DNA of 64,000 nucleotides from Spirochaetota bacterium (GTDB lineage: Bacteria > Spirochaetota > UBA4802 > UBA5550): NCBI GenBank assembly GCA_029564515.1, contig JAKQPV010000102.1:23685-87684 (forward strand). The letters are read 5' to 3'. A program made the translations under genes and the position numbers. The notes under the pieces were generated by a model, which saw only the letters and a list, made by a program, of their open reading frames with translations, was not told the DNA's origin and did not search any database. Below, piece after piece: positions 44,260-54,060 of the stretch (its first letter is position 1; every line of letters starts with the position of its first letter).

Positions 44260-44832
44260 TCAGTCGTGGCACACGGCGCACTTGTTACTGATGTTCAGTG
44301 CAGTATGGCAGTCTTCGCACTGGCCCATGAGCATCTTGCCCTTGATCGCGGCCGCGTTCATTGAATCCGCCTTATCGCCGTGACAGGAGCCGCACCGGGC
44401 TTTAAGCCTGCCGTCCTCGTATTTCGCGGTCATGACAACCTTGTGGCTGAAATAGACGAGACCGGGTTGTTTTGCGAAGGAGCCCCACGGTTTGTCGGTA
44501 TCCTTGTACTCGTCGAACATGGGCTTCCGCCGTGCCACATTCGGTCCGGCATCTTTGGAGGGAGCGTTCCGGTCGTGGCAGGAAGTACATTCAGCCACGG
44601 TGGGAAGACCCTTGAACCTCCCGTTAGGATAATAATCATGGCAAATGGTGCAATCATCCTTGCTCAAGCCGTTTTCAGGAAAATATTTTGAAAGGTGGCT
44701 TTTGTGGTTAAAGTCGATGAGCTTATCGGGGTGATTGGCCATAACATAATTACAGCCTTTACTTGAAAATATAAAGCCAAAATAAAGGGTTACTAAAAAA
44801 GGTATTCCAATTAGAAAAACGGTCCGTTTCAA
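44260..44832 (-). CDS. Membrane-anchored multihaem cytochrome c (five CXXCH; QrcA/ActA-like)
   Basis: N-terminal TM helix and haem motifs CTICH, CTSCH, CGSCH, CEDCH, CAVCH, plus 'FNHKSH' typical of c3-type cytochromes. The TTG start is preceded by AAGGAGAGG. Confidence 0.85.
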   Translation of the reverse strand: MKRTVFLIGIPFLVTLYFGFIFSSKGCNYVMANHPDKLIDFNHKSHLSKYFPENGLSKDDCTICHDYYPNGRFKGLPTVAECTSCHDRNAPSKDAGPNVARRKPMFDEYKDTDKPWGSFAKQPGLVYFSHKVVMTAKYEDGRLKARCGSCHGDKADSMNAAAIKGKMLMGQCEDCHTALNISNKCAVCHD

Positions 44833-44914
44833 CAGGCCTCTCCTTTTTTATCTTTATTATTGGTAAGAAATTGATACGCTTAAATAATAACCATACAAGC
44901 TATTATTTGATGAA

Positions 44915-44946
44915 ATATATATTTTAATTTGGGGGTTATATGTCAA
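44915..44946 (-). promoter_or_regulatory. Candidate sigma-70 promoter of the Qrc-like operon
   Basis: The minus strand reads TTGACA (44946..44941), then about 18-19 nt, then TATATA within an AT-rich gap. Confidence 0.35.
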
Positions 44947-45050
44947 CAAAATTATATAAATTTCTGTTGGAAATGGGGTCTTCCGGCAGGATATGCCGGG
45001 TAAAGAATCATGTACGATCCCCGGAACGCCATTCATTTCGCCGGTACGGG

Positions 45051-46595
45051 TCAAGCAGACTGTATTGCCTGCAATGCGGAAGCTATCATGTCATCATCCG
45101 TCCCGGCCGTATCGGTTGACGACATTCCGAGGGCCGGCTCGATCCGGATGAATGCATCAGGGCCGACTTTGACCCGGTACTTCAGCAAGGCGCTCCGGAT
45201 CTCGCCTGCCAGAGATGACGTTTTCCCGGCATCCAGGTCGGGCAGAATAACTGCAAGGTACTCGTCATACCGGCAGATGAATCCGTCATTTTTTACTATC
45301 GAGGAAATCGACGGGGCCATGAGCCGTATCAGGGCGCTCCTCTCGGCCTCGCTAATCCCGCCGCCCTGATCGAACAGTCGAATAAACATGAGGGAAAAGT
45401 TCTTCTCACGATGCTTCCACTGCCGGAGGTACTCGTTATACTTCAGGCTGAAATATATCTTGCTGTGCAGCCCGGTCCCGGCATCGGTCATCACATCGTT
45501 GAACATGATAAAGTCATGTATGCTTTTCAGTATGCCCGACATACCCGCCTTGATCTCGTTAACGTCGCTGCCACGCAGCCCCTGGCGGCGGACAATAATC
45601 ACCGCGCCCAGGAACGCGTTGTTATAGATGAGGGGGACGACGACCTTCTCCCCGCCTTCCAGCACCATTGTCGATCCGCTCTGCATTTCCCTGCCCGCCT
45701 CGTTATCGAGATCGATGGTGTCGAAGCTGATCGAGCTTATCCGGAAGAATGTGCCCCCCCTGAGCTCCATTGTCTTGACCAGCTTCCCTGTCGGATGATA
45801 CAGGTACAGGGCCACGCTGTCCGTGCCAAAGGCCGCATGGATCCTTCCGAACTGTTCCTGGATATAACTGCTGATCGTATCTGACACGATATTGGAGCTT
45901 TCACGCGATACCGCACCGTCTTCCCGCGCGGCCTGCCCGCCGGTCAGCCCCAGGTCAATGGTATGGCGATCATCGCTATCCACGGCCGCAGCCCCCCTGC
46001 CAGACACGATCGTGATGACGGCGGTCAGGATGATTACGATAAGGACCACAAGTAAGACCTCCAGCATGGTCCTGACGAGGATCGTGTCACCGAACGAATA
46101 GGGGTAAACCACGAGAAGCCGGTTCACGCCGATTTTACCGATGAAGATATAAAACTTGAGCTGGTCGGTTACACCGTCATATTTCTCTTCGTAATATCGC
46201 GTGATAAACGGGCTGGACGTGCTGATGCTGAACTTGTCCTGGGTGAAGTCCTTCAGTATCGTTTCAAAAAGCCCGGCCGTCCTGATGAAGCGGTCGTTCT
46301 TGCTTGAGAGGCGCAGCGTCAGTCCGCTGTCCGTGATGGCAAGAAGTGCGATGTCCCGATACTCACGGTGTATCTGCTTCAGAAAAGCGGTCAGGTCTTC
46401 GTTTGCGGGCATCTTTTTGTCGGCGGCGAGCCGCTTCTCCATGTCGCTGTATTCCGCCACGATCCTGTTCGTCGTAGCAACGAGCGAGGCGACCAGGTCC
46501 CGCTCGACATACTTGAAGCGTATGGTGAAATAGAGAAACAGGCTGACGATTAATAAGACGGCCCCGACAGCTATGATCTTGATCCTTCCTGACAT
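45051..46595 (-). CDS. Membrane-anchored GAF + degenerate GGDEF-domain protein
   Basis: N-terminal TM. The GGDEF-fold C-terminus has 'RYDEY' in place of GG(D/E)EF and 'KNDG' in place of the RxxD I-site. Confidence 0.75.
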   Translation of the reverse strand: MSGRIKIIAVGAVLLIVSLFLYFTIRFKYVERDLVASLVATTNRIVAEYSDMEKRLAADKKMPANEDLTAFLKQIHREYRDIALLAITDSGLTLRLSSKNDRFIRTAGLFETILKDFTQDKFSISTSSPFITRYYEEKYDGVTDQLKFYIFIGKIGVNRLLVVYPYSFGDTILVRTMLEVLLVVLIVIILTAVITIVSGRGAAAVDSDDRHTIDLGLTGGQAAREDGAVSRESSNIVSDTISSYIQEQFGRIHAAFGTDSVALYLYHPTGKLVKTMELRGGTFFRISSISFDTIDLDNEAGREMQSGSTMVLEGGEKVVVPLIYNNAFLGAVIIVRRQGLRGSDVNEIKAGMSGILKSIHDFIMFNDVMTDAGTGLHSKIYFSLKYNEYLRQWKHREKNFSLMFIRLFDQGGGISEAERSALIRLMAPSISSIVKNDGFICRYDEYLAVILPDLDAGKTSSLAGEIRSALLKYRVKVGPDAFIRIEPALGMSSTDTAGTDDDMIASALQAIQSA

Positions 46596-46820
46596 GGCCC
46601 TTCGCTCCAGTTGCAGATGATAAAACGCGCCGTGAAACCCGGCCGGCCTCTGGCCGGCGGCGGGATTTTCGGGATGCCGTTACTATTTTCGGATTATCCC
46701 GCCGATAACTATCGCCATTATTTCGGGCGCACCCTCCTGCCGGACCGGCTAAAAACTTGACAGCAGGCAGGACTTTTCATATTTTTGCCGGATTCATATC
46801 CTCTGACCGGAGAAAAAACC

Positions 46821-47516
46821 ATGAGACATCGAATCGCCGTCATGCTTGTGATACTATCCACACTGGCAACCGGCCTCCTGGCCGGCGCCTGTTCAGGGTC
46901 AAAAAACGGGGACGCGGAAATCCCCGAGCTTGAGAAGGGATGCCTGTCGGGCCAGTGCGTGCCCGGACAGTTCGAAACCGCGTACCAGCGCTTTGCCCTG
47001 GTAACCGGGGACATTGTCAACCTCAGGACAAGGCCGGACACGACCTCGCGGGTGCTGGCGCAGATTCCCGTTACGCGAAAGGTCACCGTGCTCTACGTCA
47101 AGCCGGAAGAGGTCACCATCGGCGCGTTGAAAGGGAGATGGGCCTACGTCATGGATTCGGCAGATGTAAACCGTACCGGCTGGCTCTTCGACTACTTCCT
47201 GGCCTACCCGGACCGCTTCACCAGGCCCGCCCGGCAGAAGATACGGGAAATCCGCGTGATCCTGGGAGGACGGCTCACGGTCTACCGCTGCACCCCCGAC
47301 GGGAAATTCCAGACAACGCAGAACGAGATGCTGTACAAAAAGGACGCAAAAAAAACGGACGCTGCCACCGGCGAGGTGCTCCAGTATAAAAACGTCATCT
47401 GGCTGAAAAAGGAGAGGCCGGACGATTACCCGGTCTTCTTTGAGGTGCTGAAAAACGGCTCCCTGGAATTCGCGGGCCAGTACCGGAACAAGCGGGGGAT
47501 CATCATGACGAGGTAA
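46821..47516 (+). CDS. Lipoprotein with bacterial SH3 domain
   Basis: Signal plus lipobox 'MRHRIAVMLVILSTLATGLLAGAC'. SH3b-like 'GDIVNLRTRPDTTSRVLAQIPVTRKVTVLY'. Confidence 0.65.
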   Translation: MRHRIAVMLVILSTLATGLLAGACSGSKNGDAEIPELEKGCLSGQCVPGQFETAYQRFALVTGDIVNLRTRPDTTSRVLAQIPVTRKVTVLYVKPEEVTIGALKGRWAYVMDSADVNRTGWLFDYFLAYPDRFTRPARQKIREIRVILGGRLTVYRCTPDGKFQTTQNEMLYKKDAKKTDAATGEVLQYKNVIWLKKERPDDYPVFFEVLKNGSLEFAGQYRNKRGIIMTR

Positions 47517-47531
47517 GCGGCCGCGGCAGGG

Positions 47532-48614
47532 TCAGATCTTGGCGACAAGCTCAACCAGGCCGGTCATTATCTCGCGGTATTCTTCCGACAGCTGCAGGCG
47601 GGACAGGAGAGAGCGCGACTGCTCGACCAGCTCCCAGTGCCTCTCGACGACGGCTTCGCGCGATCCGCTCGCGTCGATCATGTGACGAATCGCATCGACA
47701 TCGCGACCGGTCTTTTTATTCTTGGTGAAGATGGCCATGAATTTCTTCCGCTCCCTCGGCTTGAGCTTCTCGATGGTGCTGTTGATCAGCATGGTCACCT
47801 TCCCTTCCATGATATCGGAATTCGAAGGTTTTCCCGTGGCTTCCTTGCTGCCGAACACGCCCAGTATATCGTCCCTGATCTGGAAAGCAAGACCCAGGGG
47901 AAGAGAAAAATCGCGTATGAGCTCCTTCTCCTGGTCTGCATTTCTCCCTGCCAGCACGTACCCCATGAGCATGGGATAATACACCGTATAGTACGCGGTT
48001 TTCATCGTGGCAACGGTGATGGAGGCATCACCGGGATCGTCAATTTTTTTCGAACGGGAATGGAGTATGTCCAGGATCTGCCCCCATGCGGTGACCTCGT
48101 AGGTGCTCGAGAAGATCCTGAGGAAACGATCCTTCACGCGCGGCGGCACATTTGAACCGGCAAGGATCTCGACGGCGGCCGCAAAAAGGACGTCCGCGAG
48201 GATCAGCGCTATGTCGTTCCCTATGTTGCGGTTATGGGAGTTGCCGCCGTAGCGGCCGGCACAGGCCATGTGGAGGGATTGTCCGCCCCGGCGCAATTCC
48301 GAACGATCGATGATATCGTCCTGGATCAGCAGGAATGAATGCATCATCTCTATCACGGACGCGATCTTCACCGCATCCTCGCGCCTCTTGCCCCGCTGGT
48401 AGCCGAAGCACGAAATAAGCATGATCAGCGGACGCACCCGTTTCCCTTCGCGGCAACAGTATTCCTCGAGGAGCCCGTACATGTCGCTGATCACGGGAAG
48501 CCGCGCGTCTTTTTTCTTCACCTCGAGAAATCCGTGGATAGAACTGTCTATCATGGGAATATATTCTTTGCTGAAGGCTTTGAAACGGTCGCGCGGGGTC
48601 GGTGTTGTGTTCAT
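47532..48614 (-). CDS. Polyprenyl (geranylgeranyl-type) diphosphate synthase
   Basis: FARM 'LLIQDDIIDRS' and SARM 'FQIRDDILGV'. ATG 48614 has RBS AAAGGA. The track start at 48629 has none. Confidence 0.9.
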   Translation of the reverse strand: MNTTPTPRDRFKAFSKEYIPMIDSSIHGFLEVKKKDARLPVISDMYGLLEEYCCREGKRVRPLIMLISCFGYQRGKRREDAVKIASVIEMMHSFLLIQDDIIDRSELRRGGQSLHMACAGRYGGNSHNRNIGNDIALILADVLFAAAVEILAGSNVPPRVKDRFLRIFSSTYEVTAWGQILDILHSRSKKIDDPGDASITVATMKTAYYTVYYPMLMGYVLAGRNADQEKELIRDFSLPLGLAFQIRDDILGVFGSKEATGKPSNSDIMEGKVTMLINSTIEKLKPRERKKFMAIFTKNKKTGRDVDAIRHMIDASGSREAVVERHWELVEQSRSLLSRLQLSEEYREIMTGLVELVAKI

Positions 48615-48756
48615 GGGTGATCCTTTCATTCGCGAGAATTACAGCGGCGGTCGCGCCTGCGCAGGGGCCGTCACCCGTACAACGTACATATCCCGGGCAG
48701 CGGCATCGTGTCAAGAACATTACTGCCCCCGGCAGGCGCGCCGGGGGCCTGCGGTA

Positions 48757-50784
48757 CTAGCGAAAAGCAGGTGAAAAGAACGTGGCCTGCCCTCTTCTGG
48801 GAAGTATCTTAAAGCGATACTGTTTTCCATCACCGGCGGGATTATACCAGCGGGCCTCATACACGCCCATGCCCTCCCCGTTTTTGGCCTTCGCGCAGAT
48901 GATAGCAATGTCGTACCCGCTGTCGTCTACCGGAATACCGCCGGTGATGAGCGGACGCCAGAGGGCGCCGTCATCGCTCGTTTCTATGCAGACCAGCGGC
49001 TCGTGAAGCGCGATGCGGGATGGCGAAAGGTCCTGCCAGCGGAACGACCAGTAGGGCTCCGACTTCTTTTTCGCCGTCAGCACCGGAGCCGCGACGACTT
49101 TCCGATAGCCCTTCGGCTCCACGTCAGCGGGATAGTAGTTCTTTGCTTCCTTGACGGTAAACGTCCAGTCAGGCCGGAGGACGCCGCCGCTCCCCTTCGA
49201 GAGGTCGGCGGTCAGGCCCGCAAGGGCGGTTCCAAGGTAGCCGCTGGTACCGGGCCCGTACAGGGTGTGGCCGCCCTCGTAATACTGGATCGAGTATTCC
49301 TCGGGAGTGGAGCAGTATCCCCAGTAGGAGTTTGCCGTATCGACCACGATATACCGTGCGTCGGGAAGGCCCGCGGCCTTCGCCGACTCGCCGCAGCGCG
49401 CCATTATGCGCCGGCCCGCTTCGACGGTTACCTCGAAGGGGACCGGGAGAATGACCGTGTCCTGGATCTGGATCGCCTGCAGGAAAAGGACATGCGGGAA
49501 CTCTTCAAGCGGCAGAATCTTGTAATGTATGGCCTCGGCCACGATCCGCTTCTTCCCCTGGCAGGTATCGGTATTGAAGCGCCTGGGCCAACCCGGCGCG
49601 AAGCCGGCAACGCCATGAAGCAGCGGCGTCGGGCGGTCATTCGCTCCCGCGACAAGTGCCTGGCCCACTGCCGGCTTGTCGCAGAGGCAATCGTTACCGG
49701 TGCACTTCTCCTCGTATACATCGACTTCGCTGAACCGGTAACGGATAACCGCATTCTCCGACAGGTCTTTCTTCAGGGAGTCAAAGAGCTCGAGCGATTT
49801 TTTTCCTACGATGACGCCGATCCGGCGCATCGCGGCATACCCGAGCTTTTCATCCTTGCCGTAATTGGGAGTCATGTCGCCGTGGGTATAGTTCGCGATC
49901 GCGTGGATGGGGTCCGCCGCGCCGGGGTACCGGCTCTTTATCCCCCACTCGACCTCCCGTTCCGCGTATGCCGTCACGTCGCCGTTGTAGAGCAGGTCCC
50001 CTTCCCTGTTGTCCAGGTTAGGATGCAGTGAAAAAAAAGAGAGTGCTCCAAGCGGCACATAGTCTCCCCGCTCGGTCTTACAGTCGACACGGATCATGCG
50101 CAGCTCTGAATTGACCGCCTCGGTCTCCCCCGGCCTTTTGCCGTTCAGCGTCTTGTTCATAAGGTAGGCTGGAAGGCTCCGGTTGCGGTTGACGCCTTCG
50201 ATAGTGGTCGATCCCGCGGCAATTTTCGCGGGACGGCGCGTTTCGTAGGCCTTGATGATTGCCCCCGCGATACGCTCCGCCATGAACTCGTACACCTGCC
50301 TCTGGAAGCCGGGCTTGGGAGAGGCCATGCGGTCATAGAAAGCGTCCCCGAAATAGTTGCCCTGCGCCGAATGAGTGTGCGTGCCCGCGATCACCAGGCC
50401 GCCGGCCTCCACGTCGGTCTTCGCTGCGATCAGCTCCGCGATCCGGTGGTGCAGGATGCGCGATCCGGACAGTATATCGGCCTGGACCAGCACAATGGGC
50501 CTGCCCGACTTCGGCTTGAGGTACAGGGCGCGGGCATACAGGCGCGTACGAACGCCGCGGGATATTTTTCCGTTGAGCGAGTGACCGGCCAGCGGAATGC
50601 CCGGCGGCGGCGTGATATCGACCTTCGCGGCGCCGGCCAGCGTCTCCGGAACATCCTGCGCCGCAAGCGGCGCGGGCCTGCCGATGGTGATGGTCGCCGG
50701 TTTCAGCGATGCGCACCCGCCGAGAAGCAGGGCCAGGCAGGCAAGGGCAACGATCAATATATGGCTTAGGGGTCTGTTTTTCAT
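48757..50784 (-). CDS. Neutral/alkaline ceramidase-family lipoprotein
   Basis: Lipoprotein signal 'LACLALLLGGC'. 'AGAAKVDITPPPGIPLAGH..TRLYARALYL' and 'AGTHTHSAQGNY' resemble the ceramidase N-terminal domain. Confidence 0.7.
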   Translation of the reverse strand: MKNRPLSHILIVALACLALLLGGCASLKPATITIGRPAPLAAQDVPETLAGAAKVDITPPPGIPLAGHSLNGKISRGVRTRLYARALYLKPKSGRPIVLVQADILSGSRILHHRIAELIAAKTDVEAGGLVIAGTHTHSAQGNYFGDAFYDRMASPKPGFQRQVYEFMAERIAGAIIKAYETRRPAKIAAGSTTIEGVNRNRSLPAYLMNKTLNGKRPGETEAVNSELRMIRVDCKTERGDYVPLGALSFFSLHPNLDNREGDLLYNGDVTAYAEREVEWGIKSRYPGAADPIHAIANYTHGDMTPNYGKDEKLGYAAMRRIGVIVGKKSLELFDSLKKDLSENAVIRYRFSEVDVYEEKCTGNDCLCDKPAVGQALVAGANDRPTPLLHGVAGFAPGWPRRFNTDTCQGKKRIVAEAIHYKILPLEEFPHVLFLQAIQIQDTVILPVPFEVTVEAGRRIMARCGESAKAAGLPDARYIVVDTANSYWGYCSTPEEYSIQYYEGGHTLYGPGTSGYLGTALAGLTADLSKGSGGVLRPDWTFTVKEAKNYYPADVEPKGYRKVVAAPVLTAKKKSEPYWSFRWQDLSPSRIALHEPLVCIETSDDGALWRPLITGGIPVDDSGYDIAIICAKAKNGEGMGVYEARWYNPAGDGKQYRFKILPRRGQATFFSPAFR

Positions 50785-51233
50785 AGTACCTGTCTCATCC
50801 TCTCATATAAGATGATTCACCTTGGTTGTTCAACGCCCAACCAGAGTAAACAATGTTTTTTAAAAATCAATAATAAAATTAATGCCATTTAGCCAACGTT
50901 TTAAAGTTGTAAAAAGTGTGCTTTATTTCATCCGGAAACCCGTTAAATTAACAGCTTGATAAAATATGTTAATTAGTTTTTACCTCGTATTTAATCGAAT
51001 AAATGAGCAGTACCGCCATTTTGATAATTCTCTGCTTAATATAAAAGTGAAAATCCGTGGTAAAACCTTATGCTTTTTTTCATCCGGATGATACAGTGAG
51101 ACTGCAATCAGTGTATCGATTATTTTACATGCATCACGGAAAAATATGTTGATTATTACCGGACGGGCCTGTTTGTAAGTTACATTCGCAGGCGCTCCAT
51201 CGCGCCTAATCTATTTTAATTGAAAGAGCTTCT

Positions 51234-51998
51234 ATGCTTGCCAAACGCATCATTCCATGCCTGGATGTAGACCGGGGCCGGGTCGTCAAGGGGGTAAATT
51301 TCGTAAACCTGGTCGATGCGGGCGATCCTGTCGAAAACGGAAAGTTCTACGATTCCGAAGGGGCTGACGAGCTCGTGTTCCTGGACATCACCGCCTCGTC
51401 CGACCGGCGGGACATCATCCTCCACATGGTCAAGGGAGTCGCGGAAGAAGTGCACATCCCGTTCACTGTCGGCGGCGGCATACGCTCCATCGAGGACGTC
51501 CGGCTCATACTGGAAAACGGCGCCGACAAGATATCGATCAATACCGCCGCGGTCCAGAACCCGGCGCTTATCACCGATTCAGCGCGGCGTTTCGGCTCGC
51601 AGTGCATCCTGGTGGCGATAGACGCAAAACGGAACGATCGGGGGAGATGGACCGTCTACCTCAACGGCGGAAGGACTCCGACCGACATAGACGCCGTCGA
51701 ATGGGCGGCCCGGGTCGAGGAGCACGGCGCCGGGGAGATCCTCCTCACGAGCATGGACCGCGACGGCACCCGCATCGGGTACGACATCGAGCTTACACGG
51801 ATGGTGGCGGACACCGTGAGCATCCCCGTAATCGCTTCCGGCGGGGTCGGCACGATAGACCACATGTACGAGGGCCTCACCATGGGGCGTGCCGACGCGG
51901 TGCTTGCCGCCTCCATTTTCCATTTCAGGGAGATATCCATTGCCGAGGTCAAGAGGGAACTGCAGGCGCGCGGAGTTCCCATGCGGTACCCCTTTTAA
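51234..51998 (+). CDS. hisF: Imidazole glycerol phosphate synthase, cyclase subunit
   Basis: '[10 protein letters not shown]', '[11 protein letters not shown]' and '[15 protein letters not shown]'. Confidence 0.95.
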   Translation: MLAKRIIPCLDVDRGRVVKGVNFVNLVDAGDPVENGKFYDSEGADELVFLDITASSDRRDIILHMVKGVAEEVHIPFTVGGGIRSIEDVRLILENGADKISINTAAVQNPALITDSARRFGSQCILVAIDAKRNDRGRWTVYLNGGRTPTDIDAVEWAARVEEHGAGEILLTSMDRDGTRIGYDIELTRMVADTVSIPVIASGGVGTIDHMYEGLTMGRADAVLAASIFHFREISIAEVKRELQARGVPMRYPF

Positions 51999-52110
51999 AA
52001 AAACGAACAAATGAACATTGGAGGATACTGTTATCCACAACTGTTCACCATGCACCATTCACTCTTATCTATTTAAACGGTCCCGCGAGAATGCTTATCA
52101 TGCACGATGA

Positions 52111-53181
52111 TTACTTGAAAACAAGCACCATTGCAATGATGAGGCTCACGAGCAGGACTGCGAGCGCTGCTATGACGCCCATGGTGATCCTGGACATGCT
52201 GTCAGAAGGAGCGGGAGCATCCATGTAGGAGGTGTCTATGGCGACCTTGATGCCCTCTTCCATCTCCTCAACCTTGACGTAGATGCCCTTGGCCACGGCC
52301 ACGAAGATGGTGTACCCGCCGTCGGCCCGCCGCCTGAGGAAAACGATCCTGCCGGTTATGGGCTGGATCCCCTCTTCCGTGTACGCGTTGAACGCCTTGG
52401 CGACCTGGACCGCGCGCGGGTGCCGGTCGACGATCTTGACCTTGAGCCGGTCGCCTACCACCAGAAGGCCGATGTCCCTGCCGCTGATGGGGGCAAGGAT
52501 AAGGCTTCCCCTGAGGAGGAGCTTGATTTCCTTCCCCTTGAGGGCCTCGTGGTCGTCGTCCGTGTCGATCTCGATGTCGACGTCATCCTTCCCCGTGCCG
52601 TCCTTCGGCAGCTGGTAATCCATCATCTTCCTGCTGGTCACGGAATCGGTTTCCATCTCCAGTGACGACAGGTACTCGGTATCGACCATCATGCTCACAC
52701 CCTGCAGGCCCATGCGGTCCTGTACCATGAGCTGGAAAATGCGGTTGATGTCGATTTCGCTCTGTCCGTCCAGAAGCTTTTTCAGCTCACCGGCGAAATT
52801 CACGGTGAAGGTGGAGAGAAAGACATTCTTGAATTGCCGGCCAAGGACATCATCATGCGGCTGGCTCCCAACGAAATTCATCATGTCTTTTTCGAAGGAC
52901 CTCCAATCGACACTGGTTTTCAGTTCCTTGAGGTTGAAAGAATCGGTTATGACGGGATACACGCTGTTCAGCGTCAGGTAGTAACGGTTAAAAAATGCTA
53001 TGAATGCCCCGAAAGACTGGGTCGAGGAAAAACGGCCCTTGATCACGCAGATGTCCTCCAGGTTGCCGGCGATCATCTGCTTTGCGCGATCTTCATCACC
53101 ATTGGTGAAAAACATCGCAATCTTGAGCTTTTTCGTGTAATCGGACAGCGAACCGGCCGCGTTTTCCAGTATCTCTGACAT
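52111..53181 (-). CDS. Hypothetical tail-anchored membrane protein
   Basis: 356 aa from ATG 53181 (RBS GGAG). A single C-terminal TM 'ITMGVIAALAVLLVSLIIAMVLVF'. I recognise no motif. It lies about 100 nt downstream of the CheY-like gene. Confidence 0.6.
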   Translation of the reverse strand: MSEILENAAGSLSDYTKKLKIAMFFTNGDEDRAKQMIAGNLEDICVIKGRFSSTQSFGAFIAFFNRYYLTLNSVYPVITDSFNLKELKTSVDWRSFEKDMMNFVGSQPHDDVLGRQFKNVFLSTFTVNFAGELKKLLDGQSEIDINRIFQLMVQDRMGLQGVSMMVDTEYLSSLEMETDSVTSRKMMDYQLPKDGTGKDDVDIEIDTDDDHEALKGKEIKLLLRGSLILAPISGRDIGLLVVGDRLKVKIVDRHPRAVQVAKAFNAYTEEGIQPITGRIVFLRRRADGGYTIFVAVAKGIYVKVEEMEEGIKVAIDTSYMDAPAPSDSMSRITMGVIAALAVLLVSLIIAMVLVFK

Positions 53182-53278
53182 AAATCTCCACGGGTGTGTA
53201 ATAACGGCCGCGGAAGCGCCACCGCTTCTTCCGTTTCTATCATCCAACCACAGCGACCAGGTTTTTACAAGAATTTTT

Positions 53279-53737
53279 TCATTCCGGGTTTGCCAGTCTG
53301 TATTTTTGCAATACTGCTTTAACCCGCTGCAGGAGCATCCTGCGATCGACCGGTTTGAGGATAAAATCGCTGATGCCGAGCTTTACCAGGTCCGCCATAA
53401 CTCCCTTGGTCGTTTCATCGCTGACAAAGACGACCAGCGGCCGGTTTGGCCTTTTGGAAAGCTCATGTAAAAACGCATATCCGTCAAGGACGGGCATGTC
53501 AAGGGTCGTCGTTATGAGATCGATTTTGCCTTCAATTTTTGAAAGCTTGTCAAGAGCCTCCTGCCCGTTGGCGGCTGTGGCAACAACATTATAGCTCTCC
53601 GACTCAAAAATCTGGACTATCTGCTTTCTCAGAAAATCCTTGTTTTCCACTACCATCAGCTTATAGGGCCTTCCTCCTGGCTTGAGTCCGTCAGGCATCT
53701 TGGTATTCAAACTGGGAAAATCCCCTCTCCCCTTCAT
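53279..53737 (-). CDS. Single-domain CheY-like response regulator
   Basis: 'YKLMVVENKDFLRK..DLITTTLDMPVLDG..VVFVSDET..ILKP'. Strong RBS GGAGGAAAG. Confidence 0.85.
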   Translation of the reverse strand: MKGRGDFPSLNTKMPDGLKPGGRPYKLMVVENKDFLRKQIVQIFESESYNVVATAANGQEALDKLSKIEGKIDLITTTLDMPVLDGYAFLHELSKRPNRPLVVFVSDETTKGVMADLVKLGISDFILKPVDRRMLLQRVKAVLQKYRLANPE

Positions 53738-54060
53738 CTTTCCTCCGCACTAATATTTATATAGAAGAAACATAACGTTAGCGACCTTCGAACCAGTGCC
53801 GGCGCCTCCAAACGTATGAATTCCAACAATTTTGAAGAATGTAAAAAAACAAAACTCTGTTGTCAAGATGAAAAATGGATTAATGGAAAGCCATCCGGGG
53901 TGGCCGTTATGGACGGAGGACCGCCATCCTCCCCGGCCCGGCCTGTAGCGGGCATCGTAGCAAAAAAAAGCAACAAAATACTTGATTATTTTCATTAACC
54001 GAGCGATATATAAATATAAGACATACCAGAAACATCCAGACACATGAGGGGATACAGGGG

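Noticed and set aside
36427-48629. Treating the three prenyl-synthase-fold genes (5367, 36463, 47532) as one biosynthetic cluster
   Set aside because: They are 10-30 kb apart, on different strands, and separated by unrelated housekeeping genes. The two canonical ones look like ordinary quinone/GGPP synthases.
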